64,000 bases of DNA from Vicinamibacterales bacterium (lineage in GTDB: Bacteria; Acidobacteriota; Vicinamibacteria; Vicinamibacterales; UBA8438): positions 192,190 through 256,189 of the forward strand of contig OZ252219.1 of assembly GCA_965249105.1 (NCBI GenBank), given 5' to 3'. Positions 36,482-46,081 of the stretch are shown in pieces. Within the stretch, counting starts at the first letter, position 1. Each line of letters begins with the position of its first letter. The notes beneath the pieces were generated by a model. It did not search any database and had not been told where the DNA came from. It worked only from the letters and a program-made list of their open reading frames with translations. A program made the translations under genes and the position numbers.

Positions 36482-37009
36482 TCATTGTCCGGTGAAGCGG
36501 TCGGTAAACAGGACGCGCTCAGCAATCCTCCAGCCTTGATCGGTCTTCTTCCAGGTGTTTCTGTAGATGCCCGAACCGCTAATGAAAGGAACTCTGTCAT
36601 CTGCCGTTTGGTGGGTAATCAACGCCATGTTCTCGGTAACAGCACGGTCGGCCGACAGTTCTAGGAACACCAGTGCTGACATGTGATGCCGGGTTTGACG
36701 ATCAGCCAGCCGACCCTGATGAGACTCCTTCGCATAGGCCAGAATGGCTTGACGACCGACCACTCGCGAGCGGCTCACCAGTTCACCACCACGCCGGCTC
36801 TCCATGACGCTGTCGACCGTGAAGAGATCCGCAAATCCAGCAGAGTCCTTGGAGTCCCACAGATAGGAATACTGAGCGAGCTGTTCCTCAATGGCCAACC
36901 TGTCTTCTACTGAGCCAGTCTGCGCCGCGGCCCTTTCGCTCCCGACAAGGGAGCAAAGCATGACCAGACTTAGCGTGATGCGTTTACTCAGGGTGTTCGT
37001 GAACATCAA
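36482..37009 (-). CDS. SnoaL-like / NTF2-fold protein with signal peptide
   Basis: 175 aa. MMFTNTLSKRITLSLVMLCSLVGSERAAAQ.., ..LAIEEQLAQYSYLWDSKD..FADLFT.., typical of the SnoaL_4/NTF2-like family. Confidence 0.7.
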   Translation of the reverse strand: MMFTNTLSKRITLSLVMLCSLVGSERAAAQTGSVEDRLAIEEQLAQYSYLWDSKDSAGFADLFTVDSVMESRRGGELVSRSRVVGRQAILAYAKESHQGRLADRQTRHHMSALVFLELSADRAVTENMALITHQTADDRVPFISGSGIYRNTWKKTDQGWRIAERVLFTDRFTGQ

Positions 37010-37070
37010 GCACTCCTCGGTCGACCTCTGAACCAGTTCGGGTGGCCGGTTTCAACCACGTGCCAGTTGA

Positions 37071-37152
37071 CCTGGCCAGCCGGTCAGGATCATCTGTGAC
37101 GGCTTCGGGCAGGATCTTGAACGCCACCTGGTGCGCCGACGGTCAGGGCCAT
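37071..37152 (-). pseudogene. Ser/Thr kinase 5' stub with internal deletion/frameshift
   Basis: ATG 37152 gives MALTVG (the same opening as the stub at 49821). One frame over follows ..HQVAFKILPEAVTDDPDRLAR, and then unrelated sequence runs into the SnoaL gene start. Confidence 0.6.
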
Positions 37153-37579
37153 AGGACAAGCACTTCAAATCGAAGCCAGCGCGCTAGCTTGCGGGCGAAT
37201 CTCCGAATCTCTCGTCTCAGAACGGACGTTACGTTCGGCATGTCGTGCTTCTCTAGGGCCGTACAGGTACGACGCAGATCAAGGCTGATTATACGGCCCA
37301 GATAGCGCACATTCTGGCCCATGAGCAGACCCAGGCCGAAGATATAGATTCTGCCAAGAGTGCCCTAAATGTGAATCCCGGGGACCACGGCGGGCAGAAT
37401 AGTCCCCCCTTGACGGGACCAAGGTTGGAAGGAGAACAACCGGCGACGAAGAAATCGGCGCTACGGAAAGGCTGTGGGTGTATAAAGGGTCCTGGTCTGG
37501 GCCGCCAAAACGGAGTCCCGGTTCATTATTCGCCAACAGTTACAGCGGTTCACTGGAGCTGCTGCCAAGGGAGGGTGTG

Positions 37580-39790
37580 ATGAACGTGAGTGTCCGCCCA
37601 TTCGCAGGGTTTGTTCGGCTCGTCGTCGCCGGCGGTATTGCTATCCTCGTTGGCTGGTCCGTGCCCGGCGTGGGTGCCCGCCAGGTTCAAGGGGCCACCG
37701 GGGTCATTGCCGGGACCGTCGAGAGCGCGGCCGGCCCGGAAGCCGGGGTCTGGGTCATCGCCGAGACGGATGACTTAGAGACGAAGTTCGTCAAGATCGT
37801 AGTGACTGACGACGCAGGCCGTTTCCTCCTGCCCGACCTGCCGTCGGCTACCTACGACCTGTGGGTGCGTGGTTATGGGCTGGTCGATTCGGAGAAGGTT
37901 CAGGTATCACCCGATCAGCAAGACATCAGGCTGAGTGGCGTCGTCGCGCCGACCCCGGCGGCCGCTGCCCAGTACTATCCGGGGAACTACTGGTACTCCC
38001 TCATCGAGCCGCCGCCCAAGAGTGACTTTCCAGGCACGGGGACGGGTGGGAACGGGATCTCTGAGGGCCTGACGAGTCAGGCGGCCTGGGTCGACCGGAT
38101 GAAGCAGGGGTGCCAGCTCTGTCACCAGATGGGCAACACCCACACGCGGGTCGTCCAGCACCTCGACGACTTCGACTCGACCGTCGCGGCATGGGACCAC
38201 CGTGTACAAACGGGTCAGCGCGGCGACTCGATGAGCAGCAGAATGAGTAGCTACGGGCGGCAGCGGGCGCTCGAGATGTTCGCCGACTGGTCGGATCGGA
38301 TCGCAGCGGGCGAACTCCCGCCACAACCACAGCGGCCCCAAGGTGCGGAGCGGAACCTCGTGCTCACGCTATGGGATTGGGGGACGGACGACGCGTTCAT
38401 TCACGACGAGGCGGCGACCGACAAACGGAACCCAACGGTCAATGCTGGTGGGCCGGTGTACGGCGTTTCGGCGGGGCATGGCACGCTTGTCGTCGTCGAT
38501 CCGGTCGCCAACTCGGCGACGGAGCTCAGGATCCCGGTGAGACCGGTCGACCCATCGATGGTGCCGACGCGCTTCCCGCAGCAGCAGCTCCAGCCCTCGT
38601 ACTACTGGGGCGACGAACTACGGTGGGGGGTCGAACCGCACCAGCGAGCCGATCCACACAATCCGATGCTGGACAGCAAGGGGCGGGTCTGGATGACCTC
38701 GACCATCCAAGCACGGAACAACCCTGATTGGTGCCAGGAAGGGTCGGACCATCTGTCTGCCAAGAACTTCCCGATGGCGCGGACCGGGCGGCAGGCGTCC
38801 TACTACGACCCGGAGCGTGAAGCGTTTGTCTTGATCTATACCTGCTTCGGGACGCACCACTTGCAGTTCGCTGAGGACGCTGACGAGACGCTGTACTTCA
38901 GCGGCGGCGGCAACGTGATCGGCTGGATCAACACCCGCGTGTATGACGAGACGGGCGATGAGCAGTTTTCGCAAGGGTGGTGCCCCGGCGTGCTCGACAC
39001 CAACGGCGACGGCAAGGCTACCAAGCCGTGGAACGAGCCGGGCGAGCAGGTCGATCCGAGCCGCGACACGCGAGTGCGTGCGGGTGGTTACGGCATCATT
39101 CCGAACCCGATCGACAACTCGATCTGGGCGAGCCAGACCGGGCCGTTCCCTGGCCGACTCCTCCGGCTCGATCTCGGCGACAACCCGCCGGAGACCTGCA
39201 TGGCCGAGGTCTACGAGCCACCGTCGATCGAGAACCCCAACGTCGACCCGGCCAAGACGGGACATGCGCCACGAGGGCTCGACGTCGACCGCAACGGCAT
39301 CATCTGGACGGCGCTCTCCGGCAGCGGCCACATGGCCAGCTTCGACCGGCGCAAGTGCCGCGTCCTGAACGGACCGGAGGCGACCGGGCAGCACTGTCCG
39401 GAAGGCTGGACGCTCTATCCAACACCCGGCCCTCAGATGAAGGGTGTGACGGATCCAGGAAGTGCGGACTTCCACTATTACAGCTGGGTCGATCAGTTCG
39501 ACACGCTGGGCCTTGGTGAGAACGTGCCGATCGCCACCGGGTCGGGGTCCGATTCACTACTGGCGTTGTTGCCAGAAACAGGCGAGTGGGTCGTCCTGCG
39601 TGTGCCGTATCCGATGGCGTTCTTCTCCCGCGGCCTCGACGGCCGGATCGATGATCCGAACGCCGGCTGGAAGGGTCGGGGGCTCTGGGCCAACTATGGG
39701 ACCAACTACGTGTGGCATACCGAGGGTGGGCTTGGCACCAAAAGCAAGATGGTCCACTTCCAGCTCCGACCTGATCCATTGGCCCGGTAG
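37580..39790 (+). CDS. Large exported protein: CarboxypepD_reg-like N-domain plus a domain with one CxxCH haem-c motif
   Basis: ATG 37580 with a GGGAGGG Shine-Dalgarno. ..GVIAGTVESAAGPEAGVWVIAET..DDAGRFLLPDLPSATYDLWVRGYG.. (regulatory-like fold). CQLCH at 38111-38125. Confidence 0.7.
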   Translation: MNVSVRPFAGFVRLVVAGGIAILVGWSVPGVGARQVQGATGVIAGTVESAAGPEAGVWVIAETDDLETKFVKIVVTDDAGRFLLPDLPSATYDLWVRGYGLVDSEKVQVSPDQQDIRLSGVVAPTPAAAAQYYPGNYWYSLIEPPPKSDFPGTGTGGNGISEGLTSQAAWVDRMKQGCQLCHQMGNTHTRVVQHLDDFDSTVAAWDHRVQTGQRGDSMSSRMSSYGRQRALEMFADWSDRIAAGELPPQPQRPQGAERNLVLTLWDWGTDDAFIHDEAATDKRNPTVNAGGPVYGVSAGHGTLVVVDPVANSATELRIPVRPVDPSMVPTRFPQQQLQPSYYWGDELRWGVEPHQRADPHNPMLDSKGRVWMTSTIQARNNPDWCQEGSDHLSAKNFPMARTGRQASYYDPEREAFVLIYTCFGTHHLQFAEDADETLYFSGGGNVIGWINTRVYDETGDEQFSQGWCPGVLDTNGDGKATKPWNEPGEQVDPSRDTRVRAGGYGIIPNPIDNSIWASQTGPFPGRLLRLDLGDNPPETCMAEVYEPPSIENPNVDPAKTGHAPRGLDVDRNGIIWTALSGSGHMASFDRRKCRVLNGPEATGQHCPEGWTLYPTPGPQMKGVTDPGSADFHYYSWVDQFDTLGLGENVPIATGSGSDSLLALLPETGEWVVLRVPYPMAFFSRGLDGRIDDPNAGWKGRGLWANYGTNYVWHTEGGLGTKSKMVHFQLRPDPLAR

Positions 39791-39910
39791 TCGAACGATG
39801 AAAATTCAGGGGGTGGGGACGAGGCGCTGGAGTTCGTCCAGCAGTGCCTAGCGAACGCGCAGTGATACCTCGGCGCGGGCGGGTTTCGGGGGTATCAAGC
39901 AGCCGGCTTG

Positions 39911-40684
39911 CTACTGGCCCGTTTGCAGATCGTTGACCACGCGGATGACGCCAAAGGTGCCGCTCACGAGCCGCTCCAACCGGACCTTCTCGACCTCAGA
40001 ACGCACCACGCCCACAAGTCTCACGGTGCTGGCGTTGACGATGAGGTGGAACGGCGGGTTGGGCCAGTTCGCGTATTCCCTGAATTCGCTGCTGCCAAAG
40101 ACCCTGGCCGCGAGGGCGTTCCGGATGTCCGTGTCGAAACCCGACGCGGGCTGGATCTCGATCGTGCTGCGCACTTCCTGAACCCCACGGATCTTGGCGA
40201 CACGTTCGAAGAGGTCGCCCGGCTTGTCGATGCCTGGCGTCACACTGCCCGTGAGCGTGACGACGCCGCGGTTGACCGTCCCGTCGATGTAGTCCCACAC
40301 CGTGTAGTGGACATACCCATAGACGGCCTTAGCCACCTCCTGGATGAGATCGCTGTCATCCTCGACGGCTGGAATCTCCAGCTCGCTTACGACAGTCTCG
40401 ACCCCGTCGACCTCGAGGGTTTTCCTGATCGCTTCCGACTTGGCCCAGAGCGTCGGTACGCGACCCCGCAGGGTGACTTCGCTGCCCTCGACGCTGACCT
40501 CGACCGGTCGCAGGTCGCGCTCGTCTCCAAGGGCCCGCTGCACGTCCTGTGTGGTCTGCGACGTGTTAATCTGCGTCGCTGCCTGTCCCGCGCCGAACGC
40601 GGTCCCGGCGGTCGACGCGACCATCGTGGAAAACAGCAGGATGCGGGCTGACGTCCTGGCTGCATGCTGTCGCGTCAAACCCAC
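39911..40684 (-). CDS. BON-domain protein (three BON repeats)
   Basis: 257 aa. Signal peptide, then repeated ..VEVSVEGSEVTLRGRVPT.., ..VNRGVVTLTGSV.., ..LIVNASTVRLVGVVRSEVEK... Confidence 0.75.
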   Translation of the reverse strand: MGLTRQHAARTSARILLFSTMVASTAGTAFGAGQAATQINTSQTTQDVQRALGDERDLRPVEVSVEGSEVTLRGRVPTLWAKSEAIRKTLEVDGVETVVSELEIPAVEDDSDLIQEVAKAVYGYVHYTVWDYIDGTVNRGVVTLTGSVTPGIDKPGDLFERVAKIRGVQEVRSTIEIQPASGFDTDIRNALAARVFGSSEFREYANWPNPPFHLIVNASTVRLVGVVRSEVEKVRLERLVSGTFGVIRVVNDLQTGQ

Positions 40685-40843
40685 CCTTCCATTCGGAGCG
40701 CGACGACGGGGTCGATTCTCGGAGCTCGGCGGGCCCCGTCAGCCGGGTGCACGCCAGTCTCGGTGCGACGCTGGACCGCAGCATGGCGGCACCGTTTGCC
40801 CATCGCCATGGCCAGTGTAATACGCGGGATCGACCGTGTCGAT

Positions 40844-41185
40844 GGCACTGTCAAGCTGAGGCCGCAACTGGCAGAGTAAGCCGATGCCGAGCCAGTCACC
40901 TAGCTACCACGGATACCGCTTTCCACCTGAGATCATCAGTCACGCGGTGTGGCTCTATCACCGCTCTGCTTGAGCTTCCGAGATGTGGAAGATCTGCTCG
41001 CGCAGCGAGGCATCACAAGTGTCGTACGAAACGATCCGCCACTGGTGTCAGACGTTTGGGGTTGACTACGCACGAAAGTTGCGGCGCCGACGAGGCGTGC
41101 TGGGCGACACCTGGTTCCTGAAGAATGGCAAGAGTTCGCCATCCAGCCACAGTTGTGCGCTACCCTCGTTAACTTGACAATGCCC
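40844..41185 (+). mobile_element. Miniature (internally deleted) IS6-family element
   Basis: Ends GGCACTGTCAAGCTGAG (40844-) and GTTAACTTGACAATGCCC (-41185) are inverted repeats of IS6 type (GGCACTGT..). Inside is only the first ~85 codons of a transposase (MPSQSPSYHGYRFPPEIISHAVWLYHRS-stop..SYETIRHWCQTFG..DTWFL). Confidence 0.7.
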
Positions 41186-41238
41186 CTGCGGCGGCCAGAG
41201 GCCTCCGTCCTGGTCGAGCTTTGTGTCCCGTGCTCGCT

Positions 41239-42153
41239 CTACGGGTGCAGCGCCGCAACACCGCGCTCAAGGGCGTGCAGGACACGTACTTCGCCATCGG
41301 TAAGGGCGCGGCTAAACAGCGACAGCTCGTCGTACAACCCGACGTAGTTAACACCCAGTCGAATGGCGCCTTGGTCGAGGTCCCACGTGAACGGCTCGTC
41401 AATGCCTTCGCTGGTGTGCGGCAAGCGTTCACCGTCAAGATAGAGATTCGCCACACCACCGCGTTGAGTGTTGAGGCCGTCGTAGGTGATGACCACGTGT
41501 GTCCACTGCCCAGTTGCGAACGGCGGTTCGTCGGCTATCAGCAGCCGCTCCCCGAACCCCGGATGCGCGGCCGGCGCGAGACCCTCGGGATTCCACGCCT
41601 CCAGGTCCCCGAACACTCCCAGTCGGAACTGCCGCGGATTCTCGGCCGTGAAGTCGACCCAAATCGCGGCGTCGTTGTAGGCTGCGTCCGTTATCTGAAT
41701 CGGGTCGCAGAAACCAGGCTCGAGATCCGTGGCTGGATCGAGGCTCAGCCAAAACGACACCGTGCCGCCCCAGTTCTCAGAAGCATAGGCGACGTTGTCT
41801 TCGGCCTTGTAGAAGATAGCGTGCTGGTTGCGCGCCGTGAACCGCAGCGCGTCGCCGAAGCGCCCCACGTCGTCGGCTACGTCGACGGACGGATTACCGA
41901 TGCCGTGGACTGCCTGATCTTGCTCGGCATACGACGGTGCCGTGTAGATCTGGCCATCACCCAACGCCCAATCCGCATCGACGCCGTTGTCGAATGACGC
42001 GTGGAACGTCAAGACGTCGCCGAGGATGGCGGTGGCGTCGAGTGATTCCTCAGTCGAGGAACCGGTCATGCTTGGCTCGGGTTCAACGCCGCTGGAACAG
42101 CCGGACAGGAAGACCACGAGCGGCAGAAGCGTCAGCGACGCCAGAGATCGCAT
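41239..42153 (-). CDS. LamG/concanavalin-A-like lectin-fold lipoprotein
   Basis: ATG 42153: MRSLASLTLLPLVVFLSGCSS (lipobox). ..LTFHASFDNGVDADWALGDG.., ..WTHVVITYDGLN..ANLYLDGERL.. are LamG-like. The track ORF extends upstream through a kinase stub. Confidence 0.7.
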   Translation of the reverse strand: MRSLASLTLLPLVVFLSGCSSGVEPEPSMTGSSTEESLDATAILGDVLTFHASFDNGVDADWALGDGQIYTAPSYAEQDQAVHGIGNPSVDVADDVGRFGDALRFTARNQHAIFYKAEDNVAYASENWGGTVSFWLSLDPATDLEPGFCDPIQITDAAYNDAAIWVDFTAENPRQFRLGVFGDLEAWNPEGLAPAAHPGFGERLLIADEPPFATGQWTHVVITYDGLNTQRGGVANLYLDGERLPHTSEGIDEPFTWDLDQGAIRLGVNYVGLYDELSLFSRALTDGEVRVLHALERGVAALHP

Positions 42154-42198
42154 GCCCCCCTCGCCGATGAAGACAGTCACATCGTAATGGCCAAGTCG
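42154..42198 (-). pseudogene. Ser/Thr kinase 5' stub fused in frame to the lipoprotein start
   Basis: ..RLGHYDVTVFIGEGG precedes the Met that begins the lipoprotein signal peptide, giving IGEGGM-RSLASL... Confidence 0.55.
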
Positions 42199-42274
42199 CC
42201 ACAGAATACCAAACCACTCCACGAAGGCGAAGGGCGATCCGACCGGGAGGGACGAGTTACCATGACAGCGAACC

Positions 42275-42922
42275 ATGTCAACCCACGCCCAGCGGCTGAC
42301 CTGGCTGACGACGTTTTGCGTCGCGATGGCCTATGTCGAGTCTGCGGTGGTGGTCTATCTACGCACTATCTACTACCCGGAGGGGTTCAGCTTTCCGCTC
42401 ATCCTGATCGAGCCGCCCATGGGCGCGATCGAGGTCGGCCGGGAGGCGGCCACGCTGCTCATGCTGCTGGCGGTGGCGGCGGTGATGAGCACCGACCGGT
42501 GGGAGCGGTTCCTCTTCTTCGCCCTCAGCTTCGGCGTCTGGGACATCTTCTATTACGTGTGGCTGTGGGTCTTCCTGGGCTGGCCGCCGTCGCTACTGGC
42601 CTGGGACATCCTGTTCCTCATTCCGGTGCCCTGGATCGGTCCGGTCCTGGCGCCGGGCATCGTCAGCGTCGGGCTCATCGTCGGTTCGCTCCTGCTGCTC
42701 GAACGGCGATATCGAGGGCAGCGGCTCCACTTCCCAGCCCGCCTGTGGGGGCTGGCCGTGACCGGCGGCGTTCTAGTGCTCCTCTCCTTCATGCTGGACT
42801 TTCAGGTGGTCCTGGCGCAGGAGCCCCTGCCGCCCTTCCGCTGGGGCCTATTTGCCGTCGGCATCGGCTGTGGCGTGATTGCCCTCACTTTCGGCTTGCG
42901 CGGCCTCGACGCTGACACTTAA
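42275..42922 (+). CDS. Hypothetical polytopic membrane protein
   Basis: 215 aa, ~6 TM, Trp/Phe-rich (..FGVWDIFYYVWLWVFLGWPPSLLAWDILFLIPVPWIGP..). No family recognised. Confidence 0.6.
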   Translation: MSTHAQRLTWLTTFCVAMAYVESAVVVYLRTIYYPEGFSFPLILIEPPMGAIEVGREAATLLMLLAVAAVMSTDRWERFLFFALSFGVWDIFYYVWLWVFLGWPPSLLAWDILFLIPVPWIGPVLAPGIVSVGLIVGSLLLLERRYRGQRLHFPARLWGLAVTGGVLVLLSFMLDFQVVLAQEPLPPFRWGLFAVGIGCGVIALTFGLRGLDADT

Positions 42923-42935
42923 GTAGGAGTGGCCG

Positions 42936-43293
42936 ATGCACGGTTTGCGCGCAGAACTCCGGGGGATCCAAGCAGTCGCATTCGATCTAGACGGCGTGCT
43001 CTACCAAGCGAATGCGCCGATACCCGGCGCTGCCCGCACGGGGAGCGGTGGTGTGGCTTCGCCGCCAAGGTGCCAGCGCGTCTTTCTTTGTGCCAAACCC
43101 TGCACTGGGGGACTTCGAGGGCGTCCTCCAAGACGACGAGCGACCAGACGCCGTTGTCATCGGCGACCGCGGGGGGCGGCCAAGCCCACAGGCACGTGCC
43201 ACGACGGGGGAACGTAAGGCGGTTGGTTTCCACCCGACGACTCCAGCCACAGGAGAGGCAAAACGCAGCAGCCGCGAACGGCAGCCACGCTAG
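42936..43293 (+). pseudogene. HAD-IIA (NagD-like) hydrolase remnant, frameshifted and internally deleted
   Basis: Frame 1: ..IQAVAFDLDGVLYQANAPIPGAA (HAD motif I DxDG). Frame 2: ..AVVWLRRQGASASFFVPNP..FEGVLQDDERPDAVVIGD... Most of the cap and core is missing. Confidence 0.55.
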
Positions 43294-43429
43294 AGAAGCG
43301 CGGGCGAACGACCGGGTTCTCGAGGCTTCCTCTCCCGACGCCACGACGACTCCGACGCTCGAGGCCGGGTTCGAAGGACCATGTCGAGGTCGGACACACG
43401 CCCGGGGGAACCGACCACTCTGTCGACGC

Positions 43430-44437
43430 TCAAGGATTCAGCTGCAGGATGAGCACCGCACCGTCCTCGTCGCCTTCCTCCTCTCCCACCGCGACAAAGA
43501 CATGCGAAGCGGTGACCGCCACATCGCGTGCCGGGCGCGGTGTCGCGTACGAACTGACGATCGCCGGCTCGGACGGCGTCGAGAGATCGATCACTTGCAC
43601 ACCGGCCGGTCCGTCGGCAACGTACGCCAGACGTCCCCGGAGCGTGACGCGACGAGGCCGTCCCCCTGGGGTGCGAAGCTCCGCAGTCTTGACCGGGGCT
43701 TCCGGGCTCGAGACGTCGTAGACTTGAAGAAGCCCTCCACCCACCATGCACACGAGGTCTGTGGTCTCGCCCGACGACACCGGGGGCACTTCAACAGAGC
43801 TCGGTGCCGTCGCCGACTGGACGGTGCCGATCGGCTCTAGCGGGTCGGACGCAGAAAGATCGAACACGTAGACCCCGGTCGGCGCATCGACCGCATAAGC
43901 CAGCCGTCCAGATGCCGTCACGTCACGCGCATACCCGTCAAGGTAGAACGCGCCCAGAGTGACAGGCTCCGTCGGGTTCGAGAGGTCGACCAGGTCGACA
44001 CCCTCCACATGGTCGGCGACCAGCGCCGTCGTCTCGAACACGGCCACGCCTTTGGCCTGTCCGGGCGTCGCCACCGAAGCGCGCAAGCTCAGCGCAGCGA
44101 TGTCTGACGCGTCCAGGACGGCGAGACCGAAGAAGTCGACAGCTGCGTAGACGAGGGTGTCAACAACCTGAAACCCCCAGATCTTCTCGGGGAATTCATA
44201 CGAGCCTCCCCGCTTGGGGTCGGCCGCATCGGTCACGTCGAACACCGTCAATGTTCGCCCGCTGGTGATGTACGCGCGCCCGTCCGACACCTCGACCAGA
44301 TCGGCTGCTCCAGGAATGGTGGCGACTAGGGCAAACCCAGGCGTTTGCGCGACAAGGCGGGCCGGCGCGACGAGATCGAGCCATCCTGCGCAGAGCATGA
44401 GCAAGACGGCCGTGAGTCCCATCGACGTTCTGGTCAC
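43430..44437 (-). CDS. LVIVD-repeat beta-propeller protein
   Basis: 335 aa. Signal peptide, then repeated ..A.GVAV..T.ALVAD...G.D.VD.S.P..P.. units (e.g. AYVADGPAGVQVIDLSTPSEP). Confidence 0.75.
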   Translation of the reverse strand: MTRTSMGLTAVLLMLCAGWLDLVAPARLVAQTPGFALVATIPGAADLVEVSDGRAYITSGRTLTVFDVTDAADPKRGGSYEFPEKIWGFQVVDTLVYAAVDFFGLAVLDASDIAALSLRASVATPGQAKGVAVFETTALVADHVEGVDLVDLSNPTEPVTLGAFYLDGYARDVTASGRLAYAVDAPTGVYVFDLSASDPLEPIGTVQSATAPSSVEVPPVSSGETTDLVCMVGGGLLQVYDVSSPEAPVKTAELRTPGGRPRRVTLRGRLAYVADGPAGVQVIDLSTPSEPAIVSSYATPRPARDVAVTASHVFVAVGEEEGDEDGAVLILQLNP

Positions 44438-45825
44438 GGCGCCTCCTGCCGTGCAATCCGGTAGAGGGAGTGCTGGGTTCGTAGAATCAGGCTGCCACGC
44501 ACGACGGCTGGTGTGGCCAGCGCCATCTCGTCCAGGATGTTCGTGTGGAGAATCCTGAAGTCCGGACCGGCTTCGACAACAAACGTCTCACCGTCCTCAC
44601 TGAGTAGAAAGATCTTCCCGTTGTAGGCCCAGGGCGACGCGGTGAAGGTGGTGCCAGGTCGAATGCGCTGGCGGCTGTACACCTCCTGGCCCGTCAAAGC
44701 GTTGTGACTCAACAGAAGACCGCGGTCAAGCAGCGTGTAGTACTGACCGCGATAGACCAGCGGCGATGTGTTGTACGTGCCAAGCAGCGGATACGACCAG
44801 GCGACGTACTCGGACGACCCCCGGTTGCCGGGAAACAGAGTATCCCAGTTGCGATCGTCTGGCGACCAAACGGAGATATCGCCGGACGCACCAGGGTGGA
44901 TGGCATAGACGGGACGCAGCGAACCGCCTGGGTATCCTGAGCTGATATAGACCAGACCGTGGGCGACGACTGGCGATGGAATCGTGAGTGCCGACATGCC
45001 GCTCAGCTCCCACAGTAGATTTCCGTCGAGGTCGTACGAGCGCACCTTCCCTGTGCCGGCCGTCACGATCTCGGTGCGCACGCGGTTCTCCCAGATGACG
45101 GGTGTGGACCAGTTTCCGCGCTCGCTCCGTCCTACCTCCCAGATCTTCTCTCCCGTTCTCTTGTCGAAGGCGGCCATGAACGACCGTGTCGTATTGTCGT
45201 TCACCACGATCACCCGGTCTTCGTGAAGCACGGGCGACGCCCCGGTGCCGAGCTCGACCTGCGTGTTGAACGCACCGATCTCCTGCGTCCAGACGATCTG
45301 CCCGTCCATGTCCAGTGCCGCAATCAGACCGATACTTCCGAAGTACACGTATACCCGTTCGCCATCGGTGACGACCGTCTCCGAGGCATAGCTATTCTTG
45401 ATGTGTCGCAGCATCGGTGGGTACTCGCTGCGGAGCTCCCGCTCCCAGCGGAGCTCACCCGTTCTGAAGTCCACGTCTTGCACGACGAAGCGGTTGACGG
45501 CCGCTGCGGGAATGTGGTCGTGCTCGTCGTAGAGCCCCGTCACCGGCATCGCCTCATCCCCGGCGCTGACCGCAGAGGTGATGAAGATGTGGTTGTCCCA
45601 TACGACCGGCGAGCTCCACCCCAACCCCGGCACGGAGGTCTTCCAGACGACGTTCTCGGTTTCGCTCCAGGTATCCGGCAGCCCTGGATCGTCCGCCACC
45701 ACGCCCGCATTGGGACCGCGAAACTTCGGCCATTGATCGGTCTGCGCCGCCCCGGCCAGCGAGAAGACGAGCAGGCTGACGCCAACGATGAGTACGCGAT
45801 AGGTGGTCATCCTCATGGCCCTCAC
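44434..45825 (-). CDS. PQQ-like / BamB-like beta-propeller repeat protein
   Basis: 463 aa. Signal peptide, ..DQWPKFRGPNAGVV.., and repeated ..G..(V/I)W.. blades. 4-nt overlap with the downstream gene. Confidence 0.75.
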   Translation of the reverse strand: MRAMRMTTYRVLIVGVSLLVFSLAGAAQTDQWPKFRGPNAGVVADDPGLPDTWSETENVVWKTSVPGLGWSSPVVWDNHIFITSAVSAGDEAMPVTGLYDEHDHIPAAAVNRFVVQDVDFRTGELRWERELRSEYPPMLRHIKNSYASETVVTDGERVYVYFGSIGLIAALDMDGQIVWTQEIGAFNTQVELGTGASPVLHEDRVIVVNDNTTRSFMAAFDKRTGEKIWEVGRSERGNWSTPVIWENRVRTEIVTAGTGKVRSYDLDGNLLWELSGMSALTIPSPVVAHGLVYISSGYPGGSLRPVYAIHPGASGDISVWSPDDRNWDTLFPGNRGSSEYVAWSYPLLGTYNTSPLVYRGQYYTLLDRGLLLSHNALTGQEVYSRQRIRPGTTFTASPWAYNGKIFLLSEDGETFVVEAGPDFRILHTNILDEMALATPAVVRGSLILRTQHSLYRIARQEAP

Positions 45826-45907
45826 ACTATGCCAGTAACTCGAGCAGCGTAAACCGCCACCCCGGCGACCATGTATCCCACAAGTACCGACAGATCTTCC
45901 GCGCGAT

Positions 45908-46078
45908 TCACCTCGAGGCCCTGCCGACCTCGCTCACCACCATCATGCGATCTCCGGGGAGACTACGGTAAAAGAGCTCGCTGCCATCAGGGGACCACAG
46001 CGGCTCGATTCCACCGCCCGTCGAGATCGTCACTTTCTCGCCGAGGTCCGGATACGGGCGGCTGCGGGCCTCCACGAG
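45908..46078 (-). pseudogene. 3' remnant of a TolB/WD40-like beta-propeller gene (the usual C-terminal domain of the local kinase family)
   Basis: LVEARSRPYPDLGEKVTISTGGGIEPLWSPDGSELFYRSLPGDRMMVVSEVGRASR-stop. It begins two codons after the IS630 end. Confidence 0.55.
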
Positions 46079-46081
46079 GCA

